64,000 nucleotides of DNA from a virus (taxonomy: Duplodnaviria > Caudoviricetes). Every line of letters begins with the position of its first letter. Position 1 is the stretch's first letter. The notes below the pieces were generated by a model. It saw only the letters and a list, made by a program, of their open reading frames with translations. It was not told where the DNA came from and made no database searches. Below are positions 28,059-38,643 of the stretch, piece after piece. Location of the stretch: the IMG/VR virus record IMGVR_UViG_3300013121_000041, positions 32,001 to 96,000 of that record; one strand, written 5' to 3'. The position numbers and the translations under genes are program-made.

Positions 28059-28599
28059 AACGATAACTCTCACGATCCTGACGGCGAGCACGGCGTCCGT
28101 TCTGGCGGCCTGTCACGATACTTCGATTCCGCCACCGTCAACACTCGTGATGGACGTTCCGGCGAATTTCTCAGACGTCGGTGCCTGTGAGAAAATCCAC
28201 GGGTCGGGATCGTGCGTCGCTCCCTCCGTCATGACGGACGGGGAACACCCGCGCTTTCGTTCGATGGAAGAATGTGAGGCCGTGTTTCCCGGAGACTGTC
28301 GGCCGAAATTTCTGACGGCGGAGAACGATTTCACGTTCGTCGACGGTGGCCGCATATCGGAGGCCAATCGAAGTGGTGGTGTCTACGTATATTATCACCC
28401 GAATTACATTTCTGGCGTGACGCATTATTATGCGCCGGTTTACAGTGGTGGTCATTATACCGGTGGTTATGTTGGCGGTAGTTTGAAGGCCGCGTCGGCT
28501 CCGGCCGCGAAGGTGGCCGTGGTCCCCGGACGGATCGTTCCGTCGACGATCGGACGTGGTGGTTTCGGTGTTTCGGCACACGGATCGGTCGGTGGGTGA
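28045..28599 (+). CDS. YgiB/DUF1190-like lipoprotein
   Basis: MKRSK...LAAC lipobox; PRF.S.EECE..F; C-terminal RGGFG. Confidence 0.8.
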   Translation: MKRSKTITLTILTASTASVLAACHDTSIPPPSTLVMDVPANFSDVGACEKIHGSGSCVAPSVMTDGEHPRFRSMEECEAVFPGDCRPKFLTAENDFTFVDGGRISEANRSGGVYVYYHPNYISGVTHYYAPVYSGGHYTGGYVGGSLKAASAPAAKVAVVPGRIVPSTIGRGGFGVSAHGSVGG

Positions 28600-29759
28600 T
28601 GGAACGGTTAAAGACGCCGCCGCGCGAGAATTGGCAGGAGAAGGTTGAGTCCGTCGGCCTTACGTTTCATTCCAACGGCATCAGGCCGGTGAATGACGGT
28701 GGAACGTGGTGGGACGAAACGGCATATTACGAATTTACGTCCGCAGAGGTCGATGAACTCGAAGTTGCGACGGAGACCCTCCATCAGATGTCGATCGAAG
28801 CCGCCGAGAGGATCATCGGCGATCCGTCTCTCATGGAACACATGATGATCCCGTTCGAATATCGGGACATGATCAGGGCGTCGTGGGAGCGACGAGACCC
28901 GCACGTGTACGGACGGTTCGACGTCGTTTATGACGGCAATGGTCCGCCAAAACTCCTCGAATACAATGCCGACACGCCGACGTGTCTCATCGAATCCGCC
29001 GTCGTGCAATGGTATTGGTTACTCGATAAATTCGGCGACGCCGATCAATTCAATTCAATCCACGAGAAGCTGCTCGTCCGTTGGAATGAGATCGCCGCGA
29101 TGACGGTTGCACCGATTTACTTTTCTTCCATCAAAGATAACCTCGAAGAATTTGCCACCGTCGAGTACATGCGTGACGTGGCGACACAAGTCGGGATCGA
29201 CGGTCGTTTCATCCACATGGAGGACATTGGGTGGGACGGCGTGCGGCGACGTTTCGTCGATGAAAACGCCTCTCCGTTCGTCCACTGGTTCAAACTCTAT
29301 CCGTGGGAATGGCTGGCGCAGGAGGAATTCGGAAAGTATCTGCCGGAGGTCGCCGACGTCCTCGGGATCATCGAACCGCCGTGGAAGGCCGTCCTGTCCA
29401 ACAAGGGCCTCTTGCCGGTGCTGTGGGAGATGTTCCCCGGTCATGATTATCTCCTCCCGTCGTACTGGTCTCCCGGCCCTTTGGAAGGCCGTGGGAAAGT
29501 GTCCAAACCTCTCTATGGGAGGGAGGGAAAGAACGTCGGAATACATCACGGGGGCGCTGCGTCCGTTTCTGGCGGTCCCTATGGGAGTCGGACCATTTGG
29601 CAGGAGGCGGCCAACGTTCCGAATTTCAACGGCAATTACGCGATCCTCGGTTCGTGGGTGATCGGAGATAAAAGTGCTGGGATCATTGTGCGTGAGGATG
29701 ACGCCCCTTTAATCGTCGGAGGTAGTCGGGTCGTTCCACATATTTTCCGTCATAAATAG
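28596..29759 (+). CDS. glutathionylspermidine synthase-like ATP-grasp protein (YgiC family)
   Basis: YGRFD, EYNADTPT, FKLYPWEW, EPPWK..LSNK, KPLYGREG. Confidence 0.93.
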   Translation: MMERLKTPPRENWQEKVESVGLTFHSNGIRPVNDGGTWWDETAYYEFTSAEVDELEVATETLHQMSIEAAERIIGDPSLMEHMMIPFEYRDMIRASWERRDPHVYGRFDVVYDGNGPPKLLEYNADTPTCLIESAVVQWYWLLDKFGDADQFNSIHEKLLVRWNEIAAMTVAPIYFSSIKDNLEEFATVEYMRDVATQVGIDGRFIHMEDIGWDGVRRRFVDENASPFVHWFKLYPWEWLAQEEFGKYLPEVADVLGIIEPPWKAVLSNKGLLPVLWEMFPGHDYLLPSYWSPGPLEGRGKVSKPLYGREGKNVGIHHGGAASVSGGPYGSRTIWQEAANVPNFNGNYAILGSWVIGDKSAGIIVREDDAPLIVGGSRVVPHIFRHK

Positions 29760-29762
29760 AGG

Positions 29763-30323
29763 ATGACCGATGAACCATCCAGAACGACGGCCGGGGGAGC
29801 CTTCGCCCCACCCGAATCTGTGAACAATCTGTACACGAACAAATTTCGTCTCGTCTTCCTCAAAATTCCGACGACGACGTTTTTTTGTACGGACGCCGCT
29901 CTGCCCGACCTGTCCCTCAATTCCATCCCGATCACGACGCCGTTCAATCCCCATTTCGTGGGTGATACGTCCGTCACGTACTCCGATCTGACCGTGAGAT
30001 TTCAGGTCGATGAGGATTTGAAGAACTACAAGGAAATTCACAAATGGATGGTCGGCATCGCTTCGCCGGAACGTTACCCGCAATTCACCGATCTGATCAA
30101 TTCAAACACACCGTCCGGAACGTCCACCGGATACCACATCTATTCAGACGCCCGTTTATTGACGTTGAAAAATTCCCACCTCTATAATCTGTCCATCGTC
30201 TTTAGAGACGCTTTCCCAATTCGTTTGACTGGCATCCGTTTTCGCACGGGCGAGAACGTCGTCGCCACGGCCGACGCGACGTTCAAGTATAACTACTATG
30301 AGTTCGAGGACGGCTTGGCTTGA
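29763..30323 (+). CDS. 3: tail tube terminator/completion protein (T4 gp3)
   Basis: Late promoter CATAAATA at 29751; VDEDLKNYKEIHKW, SDARL, AFPI.L. Confidence 0.85.
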   Translation: MTDEPSRTTAGGAFAPPESVNNLYTNKFRLVFLKIPTTTFFCTDAALPDLSLNSIPITTPFNPHFVGDTSVTYSDLTVRFQVDEDLKNYKEIHKWMVGIASPERYPQFTDLINSNTPSGTSTGYHIYSDARLLTLKNSHLYNLSIVFRDAFPIRLTGIRFRTGENVVATADATFKYNYYEFEDGLA

Positions 30324-30354
30324 CGCCGACCGTTCGAATTTGTTATGATGGGCC

Positions 30355-30789
30355 ATGAAATTATCGGATTTACAGACAGAGTGGAAGGCCGATTCCAAGA
30401 TCGAGCCGATGACGATCGCGGAGTCGGCGATCGGCGTCCCAAACCTACATTCGAAATACCTGACGTTCCTCTCTTCTGAGAGGGTGCGTTTGCGTGCGCT
30501 CGTCGCCGAACGGGCGATCCTAGAGAAGAAACTCGAAGATTATTTCGAGGGGAGGATCGACGGTCGTGACATTGGGAGGGGACCGTTCCAGCACGTTGTT
30601 TCGACGAAATCAAAACTCGAAAAACTGATCAATTCCGATCCTGAGATGATGGCCGTCAATCTGGCGATGGTCGAGTCTGAGGAGATCGTCGGTTTCCTAA
30701 AAGAGGTGATCACGTCGATCAATGGCAGGAATTTTACGATCAAAAACTACATCGACTATCAACGGTGGCTCAATGGAGGATCGCTCTGA
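30355..30789 (+). CDS. uvsY: recombination mediator UvsY
   Basis: WKADSKI, PNLHSKYL, RNFTIKN; synteny. Confidence 0.88.
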   Translation: MKLSDLQTEWKADSKIEPMTIAESAIGVPNLHSKYLTFLSSERVRLRALVAERAILEKKLEDYFEGRIDGRDIGRGPFQHVVSTKSKLEKLINSDPEMMAVNLAMVESEEIVGFLKEVITSINGRNFTIKNYIDYQRWLNGGSL

Positions 30790-32249
30790 CGGAGGTCATC
30801 GTCGAACGGGTGGATGAGAGTTTCATCAAGATCGATGCCCCAAGTTCCATCCTCATGGAATTGCGGGACAGATTTTCGTATGACCTACCGAAGGCAGAAT
30901 ACTTAAAACGGCGGAACAAGAAATATCGTTACTGGGACGGGAAGTTACGGATTTTCAAATTGCGGAGCCGGACGATTTACGCCGGTCTCGTTCATAAGGT
31001 CGCGGAATTCTGTAAAGAGCGTGGGTATGAGTTCATAGATCGCAGCGGCGTTTTTGTGGAAACGCCGGTATCCGTTCAAGCGGCGCGCGACGTCATGGCG
31101 ACCGTCGTCCCTTCACTTGAAGGGCGCGATTATCAATGGGAGACGGTGGCACATTGTCTGTCGGTGCGACGGGCCGTCATCGTTTCACCCACGTCGTCCG
31201 GCAAATCCGCCATCATCTACACGTTGACCAGACATCTGAATCTACGGACGCTCATCATCGTGCCGACGACCGGCCTCGTGCTCCAGATGGCCAAGGAATT
31301 CAATAATTATGCGACCGACTGGGGGACGTTCAAGGACGATATATCCATCGTCATGGAGGGATACTCGAAGGTTGACCTAAATCGGGTGGTTATCGGAACG
31401 TGGCAGTCGATCTTCCGGTTGCCGCACGAATGGTTCGATCGATTCGACGTCGTCATCATCGATGAGGCCCATCTGGCGAAGGCGGCATCTCTCGTTTCGC
31501 TGATGGAAAAATGTGTGAACGCTAACTGGCGTTTCGGTTTTACCGGCACGCTGGACGGTCTCGAAATTAATGAGATGGTCCTAGAAGGGCTGTTTGGCCC
31601 GCCTCGGGCGATCATCAAGACGCGGGAACTCATCGAACGGGAGTTCATCTCGACGATTGAAATTCGTTGTATGATATTTTCCCACACTCCGACCGACCGT
31701 CGGGCTATGGTCGGGGCATCATATCAGGACGAGATCAATTTCATCGTCGGGTGTGACGCGCGCAACGAGTACATTAAAGATTTGGCGATGGCCCTGCCGG
31801 GGAACACTCTCATCCTCTTTCAGTACGTCGAGAAACACGGGAAGATCATTTACGATAAGCTGAGGGCCGCCGGGGCCAAGACATTTTTCGTCGATGGTAG
31901 TGTATCCGCAGAGGAACGGGAGATCATCAGGGCGACGATGGAACGCGAAACCGGATGGATTCTCGTTGCCTCGTTCGGGACCACGTCGACCGGGTGGAAC
32001 CTAGTCAATTTGAATAACATCATTTTTTCATCTCCGACGAAAAGCAAGATCAGGACCCTCCAATCGATCGGTCGCGGCCTGCGGCGTGGCGGGGAGAAGG
32101 ATCATTTTACACTATTTGACGTGGCCGATGATCTGTCGACGCAGGGACATAAAAATCACACTATTCTGCATTTTTCCGAGCGTCTGAAAAATTACATCGA
32201 CGAGGGGTTCCCTTATAAAATACACATAGTCACACGGAGAACCAAATGA
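30765..32249 (+). CDS. uvsW: UvsW helicase
   Basis: WDGKLR, SPTSSGKS, DEAH, QSIGRGLR. Confidence 0.95.
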   Translation: MAQWRIALTEVIVERVDESFIKIDAPSSILMELRDRFSYDLPKAEYLKRRNKKYRYWDGKLRIFKLRSRTIYAGLVHKVAEFCKERGYEFIDRSGVFVETPVSVQAARDVMATVVPSLEGRDYQWETVAHCLSVRRAVIVSPTSSGKSAIIYTLTRHLNLRTLIIVPTTGLVLQMAKEFNNYATDWGTFKDDISIVMEGYSKVDLNRVVIGTWQSIFRLPHEWFDRFDVVIIDEAHLAKAASLVSLMEKCVNANWRFGFTGTLDGLEINEMVLEGLFGPPRAIIKTRELIEREFISTIEIRCMIFSHTPTDRRAMVGASYQDEINFIVGCDARNEYIKDLAMALPGNTLILFQYVEKHGKIIYDKLRAAGAKTFFVDGSVSAEEREIIRATMERETGWILVASFGTTSTGWNLVNLNNIIFSSPTKSKIRTLQSIGRGLRRGGEKDHFTLFDVADDLSTQGHKNHTILHFSERLKNYIDEGFPYKIHIVTRRTK

Positions 32250-32611
32250 CCGTCGAGAGTGTCATTTCCATGATGTATATGACGACCGGAATCTACATTT
32301 TCGGCGAAACGACGTTCGAGCGGGACAAGGTCATTTGTCGCCATCCGATGGAGATCGACGTCGCCCGCAGTGGGATGGAGTACACGAACGTTTCGTTTCG
32401 TCAGTTGGTTCCGTTGGGAATAGATACGGTTATCGAGTTTGATCGGAAGAACGTCATTTTCGTCGTGGATAACCCATGCGAGATTCTGATCGACGCTTAT
32501 TTTGACGCGGTTGAGGAGATCAACAAATCGTTGTCCGACATGATCGTGCGGCATCATGAACGGAAGGCGTCATCATCGAAGATGGTGGAACCAAAGAAGA
32601 TGTGGAATTGA
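32246..32611 (+). CDS. conserved hypothetical protein between uvsW and gene 55
   Basis: Synteny with T4-like phages. Confidence 0.6.
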   Translation: MTVESVISMMYMTTGIYIFGETTFERDKVICRHPMEIDVARSGMEYTNVSFRQLVPLGIDTVIEFDRKNVIFVVDNPCEILIDAYFDAVEEINKSLSDMIVRHHERKASSSKMVEPKKMWN

Positions 32612-32612
32612 C

Positions 32613-33140
32613 ATGAAGCGCGCTGTGGTGAAAAAGAAGGGGACGACGAATTACATTGATAATAAAAAGTTCCTAGCTGAATTAACGGAATATCGAAAAA
32701 ATTACTATACGGAAGTCGATGCCGGGATGAGGCCACCGCGTTTGCCGGATTATCTCGCGACGTGTTTTTTACAACTCGCAGAAAAGTTTTCGAGACATAA
32801 GAAATATTTCGCATATCCGTTTCGCGATGACATGGTTTCCGACGCCGTTCTATGTTGCGTGAAATATGCACACAATTTCGATCCGGAAAAATCGTCGCAG
32901 GCGTTCGGATATTTTACGATGGTCGTGAAAATGGCCTTCCATCAGAGAATCGCCAAGGAAAAGAAGTATCTTTACACGAAATTCAAGTGCATCCAAGACA
33001 CCGAACTCTTTTCGGAGACCATCATTCAGGACGGGTCGGAACATGCCACGACCATGGCGATTTCTCCCGAAAGTCGTTATAATATGGTCAGATACATCGA
33101 GCAGTGGGAATCGAAGAATCTAGTCCCGAAGAAAAAATGA
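32613..33140 (+). CDS. 55: late sigma factor gp55
   Basis: NYIDNKKF, YPFRDDMVSDA, NFDPEKS..AFGYFT, RIAKEKK. Confidence 0.93.
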   Translation: MKRAVVKKKGTTNYIDNKKFLAELTEYRKNYYTEVDAGMRPPRLPDYLATCFLQLAEKFSRHKKYFAYPFRDDMVSDAVLCCVKYAHNFDPEKSSQAFGYFTMVVKMAFHQRIAKEKKYLYTKFKCIQDTELFSETIIQDGSEHATTMAISPESRYNMVRYIEQWESKNLVPKKK

Positions 33141-33182
33141 GGACAACGATGAGCGGCCGTAAATTATTGAAGGGATGCTGAC

Positions 33183-34217
33183 GTGAAGATCGCCATCATT
33201 TCCGACCTGCATTTCGGAGCGCGCGGAGATTCCGTCGCCCACCGAACGTACATCGGTAGGTTTTTTTCGGAAGTTTTTTTCCCATATATCGATGCTAACA
33301 ACATTGATCGGGTCATCAATCTAGGAGACACGTTCGACAAACGCCAGACGATCAATTTTGCTACGCTGAGCGCGGCCAATGAGTGTCTGTTCGTGCCATT
33401 GAAAAATCGCTTCATTGAATACACACAGATCGTCGGTAATCACGACGCTTTTTATCGCGACAGCCTTTCAATAAATTCTCCCGAACTGTTGTTACGCGGG
33501 TTTGGTTTTGACATCGTGAGTGCGCCTCAAATCAAGGTTTTTGATGGTCTGCGGGTTTTGCTCGTTCCGTGGATCACCGAAGAAAACAGGGAGGCGACGA
33601 TCAAATTGATGGCGGCCGGGGCGGATCATCTGTTCGGACATCTTGAGGTCAACGGGTTTGAAATTTCCCGTGGGTCGGCGTGCGACCACGGGATGGATGG
33701 GGCGACGCTCGGTGGATTCCGCAGTGTTTTGTCTGGACATTTTCACATACGGGCGACGCGCGGCAACATCACCTATGTCGGGACCCCCTATCAACTGACG
33801 TGGGAGGATCACGGACAACAAAAAGGGTTCCACGTTTTTGATACGGGAACCGGCGAATTGGAGTTCGTCCCAAATCCTCTTGAGTTGTTTCGCGTCATTG
33901 AATACGACGACAGTGGCAAGGTCACGATACCGGCAGATTTCGACGGGGGGTACGTCAAGGTTGTCGTCAGGAAGCGCACCGACCCGGTTAAATTCGACAG
34001 GATGATGTCATACCTCAATGGCGTGGGACTGACCGATCTGACCGTCGTTGATACGGAGACGGCCGTCGCCGACGTTGAGGTGTCTGCGTCTGAGTTAAGC
34101 GTCCGCGCTACCCTTGACATAATCATGGAAGTCGTCGAAAGTACCGACGTGAAGGTAGATAGGGGGCCGCTGTTGGATGAATTGTCATCCATCTATGCTG
34201 AGGCCGTGGCACAATGA
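33183..34217 (+). CDS. 47: recombination nuclease gp47 (Mre11-like)
   Basis: DLHFG, LGD.FD, GNHD, GHFH. Confidence 0.93.
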   Translation: MKIAIISDLHFGARGDSVAHRTYIGRFFSEVFFPYIDANNIDRVINLGDTFDKRQTINFATLSAANECLFVPLKNRFIEYTQIVGNHDAFYRDSLSINSPELLLRGFGFDIVSAPQIKVFDGLRVLLVPWITEENREATIKLMAAGADHLFGHLEVNGFEISRGSACDHGMDGATLGGFRSVLSGHFHIRATRGNITYVGTPYQLTWEDHGQQKGFHVFDTGTGELEFVPNPLELFRVIEYDDSGKVTIPADFDGGYVKVVVRKRTDPVKFDRMMSYLNGVGLTDLTVVDTETAVADVEVSASELSVRATLDIIMEVVESTDVKVDRGPLLDELSSIYAEAVAQ

Positions 34218-34444
34218 TGTACATCAAGGATGCGGAAAGATTGGCGACGATGAAAGGTAAAGTTCTGGCGGCTTTGAAATCCGGCGACGTCCGGCTTGCC
34301 AACGACATTCTGAGATGCGAGGAGGCGACTACTTTCACGTGTGGTGGACACATGAGCCTCAACGAGAGGATCATCACGGAAACCGTCGATCTCATTCGAT
34401 CCGGTCTGATTGATGAAGCGATTTTCCGCATTTCTAAACTCTGA
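34214..34444 (+). CDS. hypothetical protein
   Basis: Coupled ORF between genes 47 and 46. Confidence 0.55.
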   Translation: MMYIKDAERLATMKGKVLAALKSGDVRLANDILRCEEATTFTCGGHMSLNERIITETVDLIRSGLIDEAIFRISKL

Positions 34445-34617
34445 TGACTGAAAAATTGATAATGCCGAAAGGTCGTCCACACCCTTCCGGCAGACCCCTA
34501 AAAGGCGGGAAGCCGACGCCGCTCCCCTTTTTCCGACCGCCGTTTCAAGGGTCGTTCACACCGAGGCTTCGTGAAGATACCACGGTCAAACGCTTCGGTT
34601 TCATTCATTGGAAATGA
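34444..34617 (+). CDS. small Pro-rich hypothetical protein
   Basis: 57-aa ORF (MTEKLIMPKGRPHP...) overlapping the previous stop and filling the gap to gene 46. Confidence 0.4.
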   Translation: MTEKLIMPKGRPHPSGRPLKGGKPTPLPFFRPPFQGSFTPRLREDTTVKRFGFIHWK

Positions 34618-34620
34618 TCG

Positions 34621-36330
34621 ATGTACGTGCAATTTCATCGGCTGATTTACCGCAATTTTTTATCGACGGGGAACTCCCCGATCGAGATTGATTTTCGCAA
34701 GTGCCCGAAGACGTTGATCGTCGGGACCAATGGCGTCGGCAAATCGACGATCATTTCGGCACTTTCGTTCGCACTTTTCGGGAAGGACTTTCGGGGCATC
34801 AATAAGCCCGGTCTCGTCAATAGTGTGAATCGCCGCGAGTTAGAGACGATCGTCGAATTTTCCGCAGCGGGGAAAGAATATAAGATCGTCCGTGGTATCA
34901 AGCCGAATAAATTCGAAATATGGATCGACGGCGTCGAACAGCCGCAAATGCCCAACGTCAACGAACAGCAGGAATGGTTCGAGAGTAACGTGCTCAGGGC
35001 ATCGTTGAACAGTTTTCGACAGGTCGTGTTTTTGGGGACAGATTTCGTCCCCTTCATGAAACTCCCCGCTGCGATGCGCAGGAGCGTGATCGAAGACCTG
35101 TGGGATTTGACGGTCTTTTCTCGAATGAACGACGTCCTGAAAAAAAGATTGTCAGACACGAAGGATCGACTGGCGACGACCGTTACCGGCGTGAGTGTGG
35201 CCCGCGCCAAGATCGACGTCATACGTGACCGTCTCGCGAGGGACCGCGCCCGTCTGGCGGAGGACGTTGATCGCAAGCGTACTGAAATAGCGGAGATTGA
35301 GGGGAAAGTAGCGGAACTCGTCGGGTCGGCGGCGGAAATTGCCGCGACCATCGCGAAAATCGAAGCGAAGCACGCCGAACTAAATGGGAGGACCGCGACG
35401 CTCCCGAAACTGGAATTACGTCACCGCGAAATCAAGTTGGCGAGAGATCGCGTTGCGAGGGAATTGAAATTTTTCTCCGAACATGACGTCTGCCCAACGT
35501 GTACACAGGGTATCGACGCCGTCATTAAAAGCGAAAAGATGGAGGAATCGTCCGTCGCCGATGCGGCCTTGGCCACCGAATTTGACGAACTTGATGTGGA
35601 AATCGACCGCCTTAAAAAAATTCGCACGAAGATGGACGAACTGATGGTGGCCGTGAACGAATTGCGCAGGAACGCCGCGTCCGTGGACGCGGAAATTTCC
35701 GCCAATCGACGGGCCATCGTAAAGTTACAGACGGACATCACCGATGTAACGGCTCACAATACGATCGATGCTGATGAGATTGAAGTCGCAAAATTGATGG
35801 ATGGCGTCCGTGAACTGGAATGTGAACGGGAGACATTAACGCGCCAGCGGGACGTGCGTCTGGCCGCAGTCCCATTCCTTAAAGACGATGGTGTGAAGGC
35901 GAACATCGTCGATAGTTACATTCCCGTCGTCAATCGTCTGATTAACGAGTATCTGGCGAAGTTCAATTTTTACGTACAGTTTGAATTGGATTCCGATTTC
36001 AACGAAACGATCCGCTCGCGGTATCGAGATGATTTCCAGTACGCCAATTTTAGCGCCGGGGAGCGACAGCGCATCGATCTGGCGATCCTCCTCGCATGGC
36101 GGGAGATCGCCAGAATGCGTAATTCCGTGGCTACGTCCATCCTGTTTCTCGACGAGACGCTGGATTCGTCAATGGACGCCAACGGCATCAGTGATCTGAT
36201 GACCATTCTGGGTGAACGCCCGGACCTCAATCTATTCGTGATTTCGCATCGGGAGAACATGGAAGATCAATTTGATCGGACCCTGCAATTTACGAAGAAC
36301 GGCCATTTTACGACGATGACGGAGAAATAG
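34621..36330 (+). CDS. 46: recombination ATPase gp46 (Rad50-like)
   Basis: GTNGVGKS, CPTC hook, FSAGE, LDE, ISH. Confidence 0.95.
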   Translation: MYVQFHRLIYRNFLSTGNSPIEIDFRKCPKTLIVGTNGVGKSTIISALSFALFGKDFRGINKPGLVNSVNRRELETIVEFSAAGKEYKIVRGIKPNKFEIWIDGVEQPQMPNVNEQQEWFESNVLRASLNSFRQVVFLGTDFVPFMKLPAAMRRSVIEDLWDLTVFSRMNDVLKKRLSDTKDRLATTVTGVSVARAKIDVIRDRLARDRARLAEDVDRKRTEIAEIEGKVAELVGSAAEIAATIAKIEAKHAELNGRTATLPKLELRHREIKLARDRVARELKFFSEHDVCPTCTQGIDAVIKSEKMEESSVADAALATEFDELDVEIDRLKKIRTKMDELMVAVNELRRNAASVDAEISANRRAIVKLQTDITDVTAHNTIDADEIEVAKLMDGVRELECERETLTRQRDVRLAAVPFLKDDGVKANIVDSYIPVVNRLINEYLAKFNFYVQFELDSDFNETIRSRYRDDFQYANFSAGERQRIDLAILLAWREIARMRNSVATSILFLDETLDSSMDANGISDLMTILGERPDLNLFVISHRENMEDQFDRTLQFTKNGHFTTMTEK

Positions 36331-36331
36331 A

Positions 36332-36820
36332 GTGGATTTGAAGATCGTTGCCGACGCCCTCAATACACCTACCGAAGATTTTAATTTTGCCTCGCCCCAG
36401 TATGATCCGATCGAATTGGTAGACGGGATGGTCGCCGTCGCCGTCGCGAACAGGGGTCTCGGTCTGGCGGCGAATCAGGTCGGTCTCCGTGTGTCCGTCC
36501 TCGTGTTCGGAGACCCCGGTGACCCGTCATCCTACGCGGCGTTGTTCAATCCGCGAATCATCGATCTTGCCGGTGAGGCGTACTACGCTCAGGAGGGGTG
36601 CCTATCGTTCCCCGGTCTGTGGCCGAAGGTCAAACGTTCACCTTCCGTTCGCGTCCGCTACGCGGATCGTTCGGGGGTCGTGACGACGGAGCTATTTCAA
36701 GGGGTTACGGCGAGGGTCGTCCAACACGAGATCGACCATCTGTTGGGGATCACGTTCATAAAACGGGCGACCAAGTTTCACATCGATCAGGCTCGTCGTC
36801 AGGCCAGACGAGTTAAATGA
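36332..36820 (+). CDS. def: peptide deformylase
   Basis: GLGLAANQ, EGCLS, QHEIDH. Confidence 0.95.
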   Translation: MDLKIVADALNTPTEDFNFASPQYDPIELVDGMVAVAVANRGLGLAANQVGLRVSVLVFGDPGDPSSYAALFNPRIIDLAGEAYYAQEGCLSFPGLWPKVKRSPSVRVRYADRSGVVTTELFQGVTARVVQHEIDHLLGITFIKRATKFHIDQARRQARRVK

Positions 36821-36881
36821 AAAATATCTTGACATTTTTGCCGAAACCAGTTACGTGGGACTTCTTTCATCGGGGGTCATC

Positions 36882-38630
36882 ATGAAACAAAATTCCGGCG
36901 TCGTGGAAATGGGAGCACATTCCGTCTTCTCGCGGTTGCTCGCGGCCGAAGACGTCACCGTCCTTCACACCGACGATCCGACGGCCTCTTTTGACGTCGT
37001 GAAACGTGTTCTCCGTCTCCCACGCTGGGACGTGTCCGACACCGTTTATAGCTGGTTGATCGTTCATGAGGTCGGCCACGCACTCCTGACGCCGCCAGAC
37101 GAATTGCACACCGCGATCATGTCGAAAGAGAAATGGGAGCGGCCGATCTTCGCACAGGTGCTGAACGTCGTTGAGGACGTGCGGGTTGACCGTCGCCAGA
37201 AACGGAAATTTCCGGGCGTGAAAACGTGGTACGCGGCGGCGGCCGAAGAGGCCGTCGCGGAAGACCTGTTTCAGTTGTCGAAGGTAGAAGACGTCAACAA
37301 AATGTCCTTCGTTGATCGCATCAACCTGTACTTCAAACTCGGTATTTACGATCTTTCGGACGTGTCGTTCACGGACGAAGAGATTGAAATCGTCGAACGG
37401 ATTCGCGGCCTCGAAGAATTTCACGAGGTCGTAGCCGAGGCCGAAAAATTGTTCGAACGCCATAAGCAGGACGCGCAGAAAATCCTCACTGCGTCCGACG
37501 ATTCTGGCGACTCCGCTGGTGATGGTAAAGGCGTAGACGTGATCGAAGTGTCTGGCGACGAACTCACAGACCTCCTGAAAAAAGCATTTCGTTATGGGAA
37601 GATGGACGTCAAATCACAGAAGAACCTTGAAAAGGCCGTCGCGGCGACGATCGTAAAATCGACGTCACACGTCGAGCACATCGTCGATCCTGTGAAAAAT
37701 GTCGTCGTGACTAAATCTTATCTGGGCCTTCCAGATGCCGGGTGTTTCAGGACGGCTACAGATTCGGCCGCCAATATTTCGTTCATGGTGTCGTCCTTCG
37801 AACGACGGAAGCGGGCACGTGCACTTGAGAAGGTGGGCGAATCGAAGACCGGTTCAATCGACACGAAACGGTTGTGGAGTTTCATGACGGAGGACGACAT
37901 TTTCTTGCGCCGGGCGACTGAACCGAAACACACGAATCATGGGTTCGTGTTGTTGATCGACATGTCCGGTTCGATGTCCGATTCACAACGCGGTGTTTTT
38001 TATCAGGCGTGGTTAACGGCCAGTTTCGCCCGCCGCATCGGCGTACCTTTTGAAATCTATGGTTTCTCCTCTGGCGGTGAAAACAAGAATGTTTTTGGAT
38101 CACACCAACTCACGAAGTTTTGCACTAACCTCTCCACTCCAGAAGAGATCGTGTCTCTCCTGAAAGTGGCGACCGGTTCGTCGAGCATTGCACAGGGAGG
38201 GACGCCGTTGACTTCGACGATGGTGTCGATGGTGCATCTGGTTGATGATTTTCGCCGTCGTACTGGCGTCGATGTGATGAATTTCTTCCTCCTGTCGGAT
38301 GGCGAGTGTGATATTTCTACCGACGACAAATCATCGTTCATCGATCAGAAGACGAAGGGTCGGTATTCGGCCGAACTGTCGTATCACGGGGGCATGAACC
38401 TCGTTCCGGGGATGCTTCGTTTCATGAAGGATCACACGGGCGCTCGGGTGACGGTGTTCTACATCACCGACGAACAGAAAAGTGAGGGGAAGAATTACGG
38501 CAATTTCACCACGGTCGAAGGAAAATACGGGGCCGACACGACGTTTTTCGTGCGGTCGGCGTCGTTTGGCCAATTGACCAATCGCAATAATAGGGTTATG
38601 TTCGACAAGATCGTCGAAGCCATGGCTTGA
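36882..38630 (+). CDS. CobT-like HEXXH/VWA protein
   Basis: HEVGHAL, NVVED.R, DMSGSM, GGTPL, SDGE. Confidence 0.8.
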   Translation: MKQNSGVVEMGAHSVFSRLLAAEDVTVLHTDDPTASFDVVKRVLRLPRWDVSDTVYSWLIVHEVGHALLTPPDELHTAIMSKEKWERPIFAQVLNVVEDVRVDRRQKRKFPGVKTWYAAAAEEAVAEDLFQLSKVEDVNKMSFVDRINLYFKLGIYDLSDVSFTDEEIEIVERIRGLEEFHEVVAEAEKLFERHKQDAQKILTASDDSGDSAGDGKGVDVIEVSGDELTDLLKKAFRYGKMDVKSQKNLEKAVAATIVKSTSHVEHIVDPVKNVVVTKSYLGLPDAGCFRTATDSAANISFMVSSFERRKRARALEKVGESKTGSIDTKRLWSFMTEDDIFLRRATEPKHTNHGFVLLIDMSGSMSDSQRGVFYQAWLTASFARRIGVPFEIYGFSSGGENKNVFGSHQLTKFCTNLSTPEEIVSLLKVATGSSSIAQGGTPLTSTMVSMVHLVDDFRRRTGVDVMNFFLLSDGECDISTDDKSSFIDQKTKGRYSAELSYHGGMNLVPGMLRFMKDHTGARVTVFYITDEQKSEGKNYGNFTTVEGKYGADTTFFVRSASFGQLTNRNNRVMFDKIVEAMA

Positions 38631-38643
38631 AGGGGAGAATATC

